From: Podarcis vaucheri
Taxonomy: Eukaryota
DNA: 64,000 nucleotides
NCBI GenBank assembly: GCA_965113315.1
Contig: OZ220369.1
Strand: one strand, 5' to 3'
Shown here: in pieces, positions 24,408 through 37,518 of the stretch
Position numbering within the stretch: the first letter of the stretch is position 1
Layout: each line of letters begins with the position of its first letter
The notes under the pieces: generated by a model
What the model was told of the DNA's origin: nothing
Seen by the model: only the letters and a program-made list of their open reading frames with translations
Database searches by the model: none
Translations under genes and position numbers: made by a program

Positions 24408-24677
24408 GAGAGCCAGTGTGGTGTTGAGAGCCAGTGTGGTGTAGTGGCTAAGAACGGTGGACTTGTAATCTGGTGAACCGGGTTCACATCCCCGCTCTTC
24501 CACATGTAGCTGCTGGGTGACCTTGGGCTAGTCACACTTCTTTGAAGTCTCTCAGCCTCACTCACCTCACAGAGTGTTTGTTGTGGGGGAGGAAGGGACA
24601 GGAGAATGTTAGCCGCTTTGAGACTCCTTTGGGTAGTGATAAAGCGAGATATCAAATCCAAACTCCTCTTCTTCTTC
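24408..24677 (+). mobile_element. Squam2-like SINE with a duplicated 5' head
   Basis: GAGAGCCAGTGTGGTGT occurs twice in tandem; A/B-box-like head; (CTT)n tail; CTATTG on both flanks. Confidence 0.85.
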
Positions 24678-24789
24678 TATTGGCAAGGTCTTGAGGAGGT
24701 AGGGAAAAAATGGTGATGGGGAAGGATCTGACCCACCCGACCCCTCCCCCCAGGCTGAGGCTTAGCCATCGCTGATATACAAATTTATG

Positions 24790-25430
24790 AGCAAGGGTGG
24801 TTCCTGTTTATCTCAGGAGGCAGTGGAAGAGTGTGCCTTTGGGGATAAAGTCAAACCATTGGAGAATTCAGGTGTGTGCAGCAGGTGCAGAGACTGATAC
24901 AGGAGAGACAAGTTTTATTGGAGTTGGGGCAGATGAAGGTGTCCGGTTTTGCTACTACAGGTGCATCGTGGCATTTCTTCTCTCTGTACTCCTCCCAGCA
25001 GTCATTCTTCCTGTGGTCACTGCTGTGCATACATGCCCTTCCTATCTGTCTTCAGGCACTGTGATAATCTGTAAGGCGTTCCCACACGATGGGGTTAATA
25101 TTGTCAGTCTTTATGTCACATTTGCAGACATCTTTGTAATGCAGAGCTAGTCTGCCAACATGCCTAGTGCCTGAAGCCAGCTCCCCGTAGAGCACATCCT
25201 TGGGGATCCTGCCATCTTCCATTCTGTGTGCACGGCCAAGCTAATGTAGAAATCACTGAGACAGAAGTGCAGACATGCTGGGAATATGGGCTTGGGAGAG
25301 CATATATTTGTTTGAGACTTGTCCTGCCATGTGATGCCCAAAACCTTTCTGACACAGTGTATATGGAAGCTCATGGTGGGTGTAAGTTGCCTATGACTCA
25401 CTTCCATAAAGCAGAGTGCTCAATACACAA
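24790..25430 (-). mobile_element. Decayed RTE-clade LINE 3' fragment
   Basis: Minus-strand frames give HCVRKVLGITWQDK...HRMEDGRIPKDVLYGELASG...YKDVCKRD, an RTE C-terminal signature. Confidence 0.7.
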
Positions 25431-25451
25431 GCCTAGTGGACCTTCATCTTT

Positions 25452-25766
25452 GGTCCAGTATATCTGAAGGAGCGTCTCCACCCCCATCGTTCTACCCGGA
25501 CACTGAGGTCTAGCGCCAAGGGACTTCTGGCAGTTCCCTCACTGCGAGAAGCCAAGTTACAGGGAACCAGGCAGAGGGCCTTCTTGGTAGTTGCACCCGC
25601 CCTGTGGAACACCCCCCCACCAGATGTCAAAAAGAACAACAACTACCGGACTTTTAGAAGACATCTGAAGGCAGCCCTGTTTAGGGAAGCTTTTAATGTT
25701 TGATGTATTACTTTATTTTAATATTTTGTTGGAAGCTGCCCAGAGTGGTTGGGGAAGCCCAGCCAG
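25452..25766 (+). mobile_element. L2-clade LINE 3' end, same family, running into the gap
   Basis: Near-identical to 13250-13575. Confidence 0.75.
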
Positions 25767-27139
25767 NNNNNNNNNNNNNNNNNNNNNNNNNNNNNNNNNN
25801 NNNNNNNNNNNNNNNNNNNNNNNNNNNNNNNNNNNNNNNNNNNNNNNNNNNNNNNNNNNNNNNNNNNNNNNNNNNNNNNNNNNNNNNNNNNNNNNNNGGT
25901 CATAGAACTGTAGAGTTGGAAAGGGTCCCAACGGACTAAATCACAACTAAAGAATTCCTGATAGATGGCCATCCAACCTCTGTTTAAAACCTCCCGTGGA
26001 GGAGAGTCCACCACCTTCTTAGGTACATTAGTTTACTGTGGTTTTGTGGATGCAATCTAATGTGTTGATCTTCTGAATGCATAACATCCTGGTTTGCTCT
26101 GAACTCTACAAGCCTTTCCAAGAACTTTCCAAGCCTCCTGTTTGGAAATTGGGGGTATGCCTTCCACCTCGCTCTCTTTCTCTGTTCCCTTTCTATGTGA
26201 CAATGCTTCGTATGCAAGAGGGGTCACTGCAGTTTATTCCTGAACGAATTGTTTCAACCCTTGTCTATGCTGCGTGGTGGGTGTGCAAGGGTTCTCTGTA
26301 TATCAGCTACATATAAATGCCTTTTGAAGATCACACTCAGGGAAAGGTTTTCAAGCACAGTTGCAAAGATGGATAAATAGAGGGTCAGATTCAAAAGCAA
26401 AACACACACACACCCTTACCTACCTGCTGTGCTCAGTAGGAATATTATACCTAGTTATGTGGTGGAATCTCAGCACGATTCTCCAGCCACTCCCTGATGT
26501 ATGCAGGAAGCTATCTTCAGGATAAAGCTGTAATTTCCACCCCAGGGTGCATGCCTGACTCCAGTCATTGTTACCCTCTGAAAAAGGGTACTCAGCTGGC
26601 ACACTGCTATCTGCAGCCACAGGAGTTCCTTTAATAGCATCTCTGATTTGTGGTATTAAACAATGTGCAGCAACTCACAATGCCCAACTGCTGGATATCC
26701 AGGTTGGTCCACTTCACAATGCATTACCAAAGGCTGATGAACGGAGAAAACTGACAGATGAGTGGAGTAGACAAGCTTCCTACAGGAGCAGGCATTGAGG
26801 GTGTGACTGGATTCTTCTGCAGGGCAGAGCCCCGGGGAGCAGAGAAATGCTGAAAGCTCCAAGTCAGGTCATAAGAACTTAAACCTACTGGATCAGGCAA
26901 ATGGCCTATCTAGTCCAGCATCCTGTTCTTGCAGTGACCGACCAGATACTTGCAGGAAGCCTGCAAGCTGGACAGAAGCACAACAGCGCACTCTCCACCT
27001 GTGATTCCCTGCCCCTGACTGTGGTGGTTGAACATGGCCTTGTCTCTCCTTCCCCTTGGATATCTTGGTTGCCCTTTTTTGAACCTTTTCCCAGCTCTGC
27101 AACATCATTTTTGAGGTCCCCTTCTCTGGGGGGAGAACT

Positions 27140-27352
27140 GGGTCAAAACTAACAAAATGAATTTCAATAGGGATACATGTAAGGTTCTACCCTTAGGTGG
27201 GAATAATCAGGTGTACAATTATAAGATGCAGGACACCTGGCTTGGCGATAGTACATGTGAAATGTATCCAGGTGTCTTAGTAGACCAGAACCTTAACATG
27301 AGTCAACACTGTGATACAGCAGCCAAAAAAAAGCTAATGCTATTCTAGGCTG
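27140..27352 (+). mobile_element. CR1 LINE RT fragment
   Basis: Encodes MNFNRDTCKVLPLGGNNQ...LVDQNLNMSQHCDTAAKK, a CR1 RT thumb motif. Confidence 0.8.
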
Positions 27353-27788
27353 CTTCTGCAGGGGGAATTAGATACTATAGATATTAATTCCAATTAACCC
27401 CCATTTGGTAGTTTGAAAAGAATGTGTTGGATACCTATATCCAGAAACATGGGGCTAAATAATGCTCTTTCCAGTAAGAGAGTGCCAGCAGAAATTTAAA
27501 AAGGCACAAGAGCCAGTGGCATGGTGAAACATGGGAAATACAGGTTGTTAGACCCTTTTAAAATACCCCATTTAAAAACACATCCAGTGCTTTCCCCCAC
27601 TCTCCTTCCCTAGCAGTGAACAGACCACATAATTTAGTAAGTTTAAATGGCTTTTTTTTACTAAACCTCTTCAAAGATTCCTGCATTACAGGGGGTTGGA
27701 CTAGATGACCCTCACGGTCCCTTCCAACTCTGTGATTCTATGAAATGTCATATTCTTATGTTTATCCATGCTGCAGTAAGTAATAAAA

Positions 27789-28133
27789 AAAGGTAAAGGT
27801 ACTCCTGCCCGTACGGGCCAGTCTTGACAGACTCTAGGGTTGTGCGCTCATCTCACTCTAGAGGCCGGGAGCCAGATACTTCCGGGTCACGTGGCCAGCG
27901 TGACGAAGCTACTCTGGCGAGCCAGAGCCGCACACAGAAATGCCGTTTACCTTCCCGCTGGTAAGCGGTCCCTATTTATCTACTTGCACCTGGGGGTGCT
28001 TTCGAACTGCTAGGTTGGCAGGCGCTGGGACCGAGCAGCGGGAGCGCACCCCGCAGCGGGGATTCGAACCGCCGACCATGCGATCGGCAAGTCCTAGGCG
28101 CTGAGGTTTTACCCACAGCGCCACCCGCGTCCC
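27789..28133 (-). mobile_element. Sauria SINE (Squam1)
   Basis: Reverse complement begins GGGACGCGGGTGGCGCTGTGGGT and ends in an (ACCTTT)n tail; TSD-like GCAGTAAG(T/C)AATA on both sides. Confidence 0.9.
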
Positions 28134-28155
28134 TAGCAGTAAGCAATACAATGGT

Positions 28156-28309
28156 CAGTGGCGTAGCGTGGGGGTGCAGGGGGGGCCAGCCGCACTGGGC
28201 GCAACATCGGGGGGGCGTGCGCTCGCACTCGCAGCTCTCTGCCCCTACCTGGCAGGGGCACAAATTACTTGCCTTGCCCCGGGTGCTGACAACCCACGCT
28301 ATGCCACTG
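28156..28309 (-). mobile_element. hAT MITE, same family, copy 3
   Basis: TIRs present; 8-bp TSD ACAATGGT. Confidence 0.9.
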
Positions 28310-29772
28310 ACAATGGTACAAAAATCTTGTGTGCGCAGTGTGGTAAAACCACACCTCTTGGTCTGATCCAGCAGGTTTCTTCTTTTTATCATCTTTATTA
28401 AATTTACATGCCTCCCTATACCCAGGGGTCTCAGGGCAGTATATTCTGCTCTAAGCCTCAGGGGTCATAGTTAGGGTTCAAACATTTTCCCTCCAAATGA
28501 CACACACTGTGCTCTGCCCCAGACTTTCCTCAGGCTAACTTGGACTTTATAGAGTATCCAAGTCAGCTTCCTGAAACTTTTACATCGGTCCTTGAACAAT
28601 TGCCAGGAAGGATGGGATTGCAGTTAATTCTAACATAATTTTTTGTCCAGGGCTGACCTCAGGCATTTTTCTGAGCAGAAAATGACACTTGCAACCTCTC
28701 CCCCTAAACACATCAAGGTTTCCAAGGCCAGCCAAGTTGCTTTGGCACCTGAGACAGAAAATCCCACAAGTGCCTCTCCTGAGCTGAGAAAAGGCAATAG
28801 TAATAAATTAAATAGCTAACTGTTCATGGCACCCCAAATCAGCATCTGTCTCACTTTCCCTAATGGTAGGGTCAGTTTTTTTGTTGGTTTTTTGAGCGGT
28901 GTATGTCTCTCACTCCTTTTGACTGAGCACAATCAGCAACAGAGTGCAGCTGAAATAATTTTGAATTCTCTATTACCGAAGCCAGCAGCAGTCACCGTCT
29001 TATGATTCATGGGAAGCAGAAGTTTGATCTGAGTGGTGGGAAGAACTGAGACTGCTGCACTGATTTTAAAAATAACCTATGGCTGTAGATCATTTGTTAA
29101 TTATAGAATAATGCACTGAAAGGCTTAAATTTAGCCTCTCCTGGGAACTTTCCAGCGTATGTGATGTAAGCACAATAAAGTCACATGAGCTCAGCTTACA
29201 TTCAGATTTTGGTTGGTGCCAAGTGAGCAGTCGAATCAGAAGCCCCTCACAACACAATAATGTTGCATGAAACCTTGGAGAGCCACTTCCACTCCCTGTA
29301 GACAATACTGAGCTCGATGAACCAAAGGTCTGAGTCTGTACAAGCCAGCTTCCTATGTTCTGTGACAGCAAATTTATTTACTTACTAAATTTATTTACTT
29401 ATCATTCAAATAGTCATGGTTCCGTGGCACAACCGGTACTGCAGTGTGAAAATGATGTTAGAAAATAGGACAGAAGCGTTTGCATAATAATCAGGAAAAC
29501 TAGTGCAATATTCCCCATATCTGTGTGCACTCTTGGTGGAGACATGCACTAGTAGCTGAAACTCTCATGCAACTTGCCATTAGGACTGAGCAGCACAGAC
29601 AACTCCCATGAGAAGCAGGACCAGAGCCTCAGGCAGCCTAGGAAACAACTGGCAACCAGATGTAGTGTGTGCTGGGTAGAGGGAACTTGCAGAGTTGCTG
29701 TGTGCTTGGAAGAGCAGTAACGCATTGTGCATAGTGATGGGGGGGGGGAATTCAGTTCAATTCACATTTTAA

Positions 29773-30136
29773 GGGACGCGGGTGGCGCTGTGGGTTAAAG
29801 CCTCAGCGCCTAGGGCTTGCCGATCGAAAGGTCGGCAGTTCGAATCCCCGCGGCGGGGTGCGCTCTCGTCGTTCGGTCCCAGCGCCTGCCAACCTAGCAG
29901 TTTGAAAGCACCCCCAGGTGCAAGTAGATAAATAGGTACCGCTTACCAGCGGGAAGGTAAACGGCGTTCCGTGTGCTGCGCTGGCTCGCCAGATGCAGCT
30001 TTGTCACGCTGGCCACGTGACCCGGAAGTGTCTCCGGACAGCGCTGGCCCCCGGCCAATAGATGTGAGATGGGCGCACAAACCCCAGAGTCTGTCAAGAC
30101 TGGCCCGCTCGGGCAGGGGTACCTTTACCTTTACCT
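29773..30136 (+). mobile_element. Sauria SINE (Squam1), full length and CpG-rich (young)
   Basis: GGGACGCGGGTGGCGCTGTGGGTTAAA head, B-box GTTCGAATCC, (ACCTTT)n tail. Confidence 0.92.
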
Positions 30137-30658
30137 AATATGCACTTACTGAAACTATACCCAAACCAAAATGCCATGACCTTTTGTGATCACACCCACC
30201 CCAAGGAAGACTTGAGACGGTGCTTTAAGTTGGGGAAAAGGGTTATATTTACTATATATAACATTAAGGGGATATTGAGGATCTGCAGATAAAATCCATG
30301 AACCCAATTTGTTCCAATGCAACCAAACCAACCAAAGTCCAAGCAGGAAAGTTCCCCACTTAGAGGGGAATCATCTCCTTCCCAACTCATGAGGTGATGA
30401 AAGTGCCCTGCAGTAAAGATTGGAAGGAGTTCTTCCTCCTTGCTACATCAACACTGGACAAGCTCGCCTCGGCCCCACTGGTTTGGCATTTATCCCAATG
30501 TACATGCCCGGTCCCTTCTGAGTTTCAGATACCTGGTCAAAGCTGTCTTACTTCTGGAAGTCTTTGTGCCCTGAATGCTCCTCAGATTTTTACTTGCTCT
30601 TTCTTGGAGATTTTGAAATTATTGAGGTTTAAGATTTTTGAGGTTTGATTTACACATA

Positions 30659-30723
<65 letters not shown>

Positions 30724-32400
30724 TGAGGGTAAATGAACTACCAAGAGGGCCTCCTCTGCCAATCTCAGCACCCAAGAAGGTCTGTAGGGAAGGAGGAGAT
30801 CTTTCAGGTATTTGGGGTCTGAGTTGTATGGGGCTTTCAAATCAGTGCATCTGTTTGAAAACAAGGGTTATGAGATATAAGTGGAACCACAGTTACTAAT
30901 CTGGTCGCTACATTTTGCACCAGCTGGAGTTTCTGAGATAAATGTCTCATCTCAGAGCTTTAAAAATGTGTGTATGTTTAAAAAATAATAATTCTATGGG
31001 CTTATTATTATCAGTACAGCCATAAGCAGCAGCTCCCCACCAGGTTTTTTGCTGAAAAGAAATTGAGTGTGCAACAAGTCTTTCATCATAATCACCTTGG
31101 CAATGCAAAGTAATTCATAAAAGAAGTAGGGATGTATTGAGATCCAATATTGTTTTAGTCTCGATCAATATTAATAATTGTTTTGCATTTTTAGAGTGCA
31201 GTATACAACTGAAAAATGTGCAAAGACCAGCCAGCGGTTGCCAGCACAATAAATCCTCTTATTTATACTTAAAGGCACCATAATTTAACTTTCAAATGTT
31301 TCTATAAAAAAATATTACAGAAGATGCCATTGATCTGTAGAAGAAAATTGTTATCTTTTATTTATTTGCAAAATGTTAGGCCCTGCTTTAATTATACATG
31401 AGCTAAAAAGGTCAGTAACTATTTTATTAAGATCTGCAAAGTGGAACTCAAGAGCTTCATACAAATAATATTTCTGCAGCGCCAGCCTGTGAGGGTCTGC
31501 CAAACCTTCAGCTGCTTATGAAGGCAGAAGGTTATGCACACATTAGCAAAGGTTAACTCTGGAGTACCAAGGGGAGTGAGACCTTTCACGTCCCTGACAA
31601 CAGAAATTGCATTAGAGTTTTCGGATGGGGATTTTTCAATTTGCAATTATGGAAAAATTCTTTACAGAGATGAGCCTTTGCTTGAAAATGCATGAGGAGA
31701 ATGGGTACTTCAAAGGTTAAGATTCAGCAACTTTTGCTAGTGCTTCAAACTTCAGAAGTTTTATATCTGGGGCTATTTCTCCACACTCTGTTTCAGGCAT
31801 GCCAGCTTGCCCCCGTGACTGAGGGTACTGGCACTGCACGATGTGCTGGGGGGGGCAAGTTCCTCCCCCCCCACACACACACAATGACGCCCCTGCTCTG
31901 CTTCCAAGGGATGTTGCTGGTTGGCTTGTGAAAGGGCAAAGACAAAGGCGGACCCAATCGGAAGACAGTTAGTCTCAGTTATACCCTGTTGAAATCCATA
32001 ATTAGGAAGTGTAAAGGCTAGGGCTTGGGCTTGTTTTCCGTTTCAGTGGCCGTGTGGTGTGAAAACGGCCTCCAAAGATTGTAATCCTTTCTAGGCCTTG
32101 TTAGATTCTAATCGTCTTTTGTGGGGAGTGGTGTACAACTACTGTTGACAAAAATATATATGCAAAAGTAGGTGGGTTGGTCCATAAGGAGGATTCCAAA
32201 ATGCAGCTCTTTTCACAAAGCCAATTGCAGCCAATAGCCCAGCCCCCAAGAAGAGAATTTGATGTGGCTTCATATATGATATAATATACTGAGTACTTGT
32301 ATACATTTAACATTTGCTTCATGCTTTAGAGACCTTAGTATCATGGTTTGTTAGGGGCATTGCCATATCTATTTCTTTTATTATTTCTTTCTTACCTTTA

Positions 32401-32645
32401 CAGTGGTACCTCTGGTTACAAACTTAATTTGTTCCAGAGGTCCGTTCTTAATCTGAAACCGTTCTTAACCTGAGGCACGTTTTCGCTAATGGGGCCTCCC
32501 GCTGCCGCTGTGCTGCCAGCACGCAATTTCTGTTCTCATCCTGAGGTAAAGTTCTTACTTCCGGTAAAGTATTACTTCCGGGTTAGCGGAGTCTGTAACC
32601 CAAAATGTTTGTAACCTGAGGTGTTTGCAACCTGAGGTACCACTG
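32401..32645. mobile_element. Tc1/mariner (Tigger/pogo-like) MITE
   Basis: TIRs CAGTGGTACCTC / GAGGTACCACTG flanked by a TA TSD. Confidence 0.85.
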
Positions 32646-32649
32646 TATT

Positions 32650-32860
32650 AGCTCACTTTTTTCTCCAAGGAGCTCAGTGTGGCATGGGTGGTTCTTCCTC
32701 TCCTCATTTAATCCCCACAACAACCCTGTGAGGGAGGTTAGGTTAAGAGGCAGTGATTGACTTGCAAGGTCACCCAGTGAACTTCAGGGCTGAGTGGGGA
32801 TTTGAACCCTGGTCTCCCAAGACCTAGTTCAGCACTCTTACCACTATGCTACACTGGCTA
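32650..32860 (-). mobile_element. MIR/CORE-like SINE remnant
   Basis: CORE-like segment acaaccctgtgagg...caaggtcacccag...ggatttgaaccc; similar remnants at about 41270-41430 and 61950-62170 (+). Confidence 0.6.
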
Positions 32861-34520
32861 TATATCTGACGGTCTGTCTGTAACATATGCACAGTTATTC
32901 CACTGAATGTTACTCAAGCAGGAAGAAGCGAGTGCTAAACGTGTACAAGTACTCGTGCTTCAGACTGCCAGTCACTGTCTCTGTTCCTTATTAACTCGTG
33001 GGTGGCTGATGTGTGAAAGGCAGAGTGCGTTTTCCAGAGCTCTTTTTAATTGGAGGTTTCACGTTAACAGCTCAAATGAAGATTAGCGGGGGATAGCTCA
33101 TCTCAGAATAATGCATGCGAATTGAAAATCACCTTGACAAAACAGATGGAGCTCTCAGTCATTAGGGAGAGAGTGTTTGTGCTGTTTCAGTGACAGGCAA
33201 ATTACTCACCATGACTTTAAAGATTAAGAGGACTAGTATTGGGTGAAAGCAGCCTTGATGCATTTGGGTATGAAAGTTGCTAAAATAATGCAAGGAATTG
33301 TACTTTTCCTACTGGTGCCTATCGTATTGCTTTCTTGAAGCTTAGGAAAGCTGTTGCCTTCCCTCTGTGCACACCCCACTTCCTCTCTTGAAGTAGGATA
33401 ACAAAGCAAAGGAATATAGGAATATATCCGATAGGATATAGGGTTATATCTGCTTGGAGCAGCCTATGTTTCCTCCTCATCTGTATTTTCCTGAGGATAG
33501 TGCAAGGGGACAGGGGTTTTGGGTGAGGTGTCCAGCGGTGGAGCAAGCCGATCGGGCACCTGGGGCAGCGCTGTTAGTATTGTAATGTCTCATTCTCACA
33601 TTGCATAATGTTGCAGGTTGCCTTTAATTACTTAATTGATGTATGAGTATGGGAACTATTTAAATGTCTCCTCTCTCTGCTCCTCTGCTGAAGAAGATGG
33701 ATGTGAGAGTTGTCTTGTTGTTTTGTTATTTGCTTTATAAATAAGACCTTTGATGTTACCATTCAAACCACAGTTGCTTCTGCCGCATTCTGCTGTAAAG
33801 GACTGAGTTTACTATCTGCAAATGGGTGTTTAATGCTTACAGGCGCATGTGTGTCCTGTGCCCAGGGGCAGGGCCAGCCACCTGCAGAGTGGGGCAAACT
33901 GGGGCAGGATGCTCTGCAGGGCCTTGGAGGAGTCTGCCTGCCTCCTCCCACTCAGCCACCCTACAGGTGAGGGGGGAGGTGGCTGGCAGACCGTTCGGGG
34001 CAGCGCGGAGCCTGCAGGTGCCCAAGCCACTGTGTCACTCCCAGGAGAGACGCACGATGAGTGCCACCCAGCATTTCGTCACCCCCCTCAGTGGTGACCC
34101 ACCCCCCACCACACACCCCTTCCTCTGTCCCAGGGGGTGTCACAATTTGAGACCTGCCTTCCTTTGTAGTTGGTTGCAGTACTTTGAAGATGCTGTCATA
34201 GTATTGCAGGTCCACTTGGAAGAGGATGAGCCAGCAGTGAATCTCCTCGAACAAACGATCTGCTGTTCCTTTCCAAAGGATGGGATTGAGAATGCTTTGA
34301 ACTATGCTTTGTATTGACAGGGCTACACTTTAGCTGCCTCAACCCTCTTCTATACATGTTGTGCACATGTTTAAATTTAGGAAAGAGTTGTGCAACAGAG
34401 TCCCGGGACTAAGATTGCGGTCCACGAATCAGTGTAATTATTTGCTCTGGGTGGGGCAAAGTTGCTTCAGGAATTTGCAGTGCCAAACTTGGATGGCATT
34501 AAAAGAGGATTAGGCACATT

Positions 34521-35034
34521 AGGGGACACATCAGGTAAAAGCCTCAGCGCCTAGGGCCAGTGGCGTAGCGTGGGTTGTCAGCACCCGGGGCAAGGCAAGT
34601 AATTTGTGCCCCCTAACTCGTGGATTTGCACCCCCTAACCCGTGGTTTGCGCCCCCTAACCCTAACCCCCAGATGTTGCGCCCGGTGCGGCCAGCCCCCC
34701 CTGCACCCCCCACGCTACGCCACTGCCTAGGGCTTGCCGATCGAAAGGTCGGTGGTTCGAATCCCTGCGGCGGGGTGCGCTCCCGTTGCTCGGTCCCAGT
34801 GCCTGCCAACCTAGCAGTTCGAAAGCACCTCCGGGTGCAAGTAGATAAATAGGGACCGCTTACTGGCGGGAAGGTAAACAGCATTTGCGTGTGCTGTGCT
34901 GGCTCACCAAATGCGGCTTTGTCACGCTGGCCATGTGAAGCGCTGGCCCCCGGCCTCTTAAGTGAGATGGGCGCACAACCCTAGAGTCTGTCAAGACTGG
35001 CCCATATGGGCAGGGGTACCTTTACCTTTACCTT
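34521..35034 (+). mobile_element. Sauria SINE interrupted by a hAT MITE
   Basis: Same body and tail as 29773-30136; TSD TTAGGCACATT (34510-34520, 35035-35045). Confidence 0.9.
34558..34725 (+). mobile_element. hAT MITE, same family, copy 4, nested in a Sauria SINE
   Basis: Perfect TIRs; the 8-bp TSD CCTAGGGC duplicates SINE sequence. Confidence 0.92.
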
Positions 35035-37518
35035 TTAGGCACATTCACGGAGATGAAGGCTATCAGTAGCTGCTAACCACAATGCTCATCCTCTGACTCT
35101 GCTGTTGGAGGCAATGTGCCTTTGAATGCCATTGTGAAGAAAACTGTTGAGCTCCGGTCCTGCTTGTGTTCTTTCCACCGGAATCTGGCTGACCACTGAG
35201 AGAACAGGATGTTGGATTAGATGAGCCACTGGCCTGATCCAGCACGATATTCTTCTTATGCTCTTATGGTGATTAGGGGCAGGGATGCTGGCTCCTGGCT
35301 CCTCTGCTAAGCATATCAATGTGTTTTTATGGGGAGACCATGAAAGGGTGCAACATGAACAATTATTTTTTCACATCATAGATTGCAGATTTTGGTGCCA
35401 CAATAATCTTTATTACTTTTAGTTGTGACATCTACGGATTATGTAAGCTTGGGGGCAAAAGGTGTGCATGACCCTCTTGCCTACTACAACTGCTTAACAC
35501 AAATATTACATGGAATAGTCAGAGGCATTTTTTGTAGTACACCATCTGTTCACCTAGGACACTGGGCAGGCTTACTTGGTCTCAGTTTGACACCACTGCT
35601 AAGCCCTTAGGAACACTGAAAACACAAGGCACTTTGGTTTCAAGAGAATGGGGTGCACGTTCTGTTATGTACAATAGAATTTCACAGAAAACACAAGTTA
35701 CACACAAAAAAAGGTAGTGTACCACTCCAAATCCTTTGCCCATCTAAGTGCACAGAAAATAGTAGATCTAGCTGAGATGCAACACCTAGAGAGCTGTACT
35801 GACCATTGCAATGCATCTCTAATTATTATATAATTAAAAGATTATTGCAAAATCTTAAAAAGTTGTATAATGTTGGGAGGAGTGTGGCTGTGAGCAGGCA
35901 TGGCTGTGACCATCATAAAGGGATCCTGCACTTCTGAATTTGCCATTTCACTTCTCTTCTCAACTGAAGAATGTTGCTGAGAGTCCAGACTAACTCAGGA
36001 CTCCCCAGAACACAGTTTGAAAGCCACAACTGCAGGCCTCGGTGACCCACCTTAACCATAATTTGGGGACTCTGGAAACAAACTCTCATAATTCCAAGAA
36101 CAGTTTTGGAAACATTTGCAATTCAGATATGCCCTAGAATGGTTCTAGTATTTGTTTATGCCCAAAAGGTTTTTCAAGCATGGAAATGTCCCAATATGTG
36201 CCATTCTTATTTTCGTATAATAAATGCAAACTCAACCCTCAAACCCTGGAAGCTACTACTGCAAGTTTAATTTCCATTAAACACAGACAACAGACGATGA
36301 AATAACATTCTGATAACATTTATCCTGAACTATGCCCCCAAATGAATAGTGCATTCTTGTTTAATGTGGACAAACAAGAGCAATAAATGTAGATACTTTA
36401 TTTTCTTATGAGTATAATATTGAGTACAAAAAAGCTGTAAATTCCTCCTGCAGCTGGGTTGTCCCTTTTTATTGCTGTTTAAAACAAGCCTTGGGATTCC
36501 CACTCCCGAACTCCAAAATGTCACTGGTTGCTTCCATGGCCAGCATTCGAGGTGGGTGGGGTTAGGCAATAGCTGTGATTCTTGCATTGCAGGGAGTACG
36601 GCTAAATTACCCTTGGGAGTCATAGAATTTTACAGTTCTATGATTCTATTAACAGCTGGGTCTGGAAGACTTTTGAGCAGACCCACTTCCGATCCTCCTC
36701 CCTGTCAGTCCTCTTATATATTATAACTGAGATGTGTTGCCTATGAGTAGCAGGTTTTGCCCAGGTGCTCCTCCCTCTGACCTCCTCATGTTTAGAGGCT
36801 GGCTGTCCTAAGTAAAAGCACTTTGTTGTACTTTATCCATCCACCCACACATAGCCAGGGACACAATGGAACCAGGATGGCGAGGGCCCAAGAGTTCATG
36901 AAGTTCTGGAGCGGACTATGGTTGCCTGTTCCTAAAAGGGTGCAATCAGCTTCCACTCCCAAATTGGCAATTCTCAGCAAGGTGAGAGTCCTGATCCTGT
37001 CCCTCTGCTAGGACAACAATGAACAGATATGAACTTCCTATGCCTAGAGATGCATATGCAATATTTATTAGTTTTGTCTAAACTGGGGCTGGGGAATCTG
37101 ATTCAGCCCAAGGGCTACAACATCACGTTTGAAAAATGTTTAACTAAAAGGAAAGTACAACCTTGCAACAAAACGGTATTTGTCTCAATGAAGGACAGGC
37201 TGTAAACTGTTTAAATAAATAAGCAAACTCAACCCTACAGCCACCAGAATTATAAAGAAAAAATAAAGCAGCATGAGAATGGCAACTTTTCTAACAGGGA
37301 AAGGAATAATTGGGGAAATTGGAGGACAGGTTTTGGGTATGGCGCTAGGAGAGATTCAGAGACTTAGTGAGTGTATGCTTCTCTTCTCCTGCCCTCCCAA
37401 CCCACAGGTGGCCTTGGAATGGAAAGGCAGCTGAGATAATGACCCTAATCTCTGCTTTGGAGACGGAGCACATTTTCTTCTTTCCCTGGTCCCAAACTGG
37501 ATTGATTTGAGGACGTCA

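Noticed and set aside
33826-34317. 163-aa ORF
   Set aside because: It has no recognisable domain or splice signals and overlaps GC-rich, decayed repeat-like sequence.
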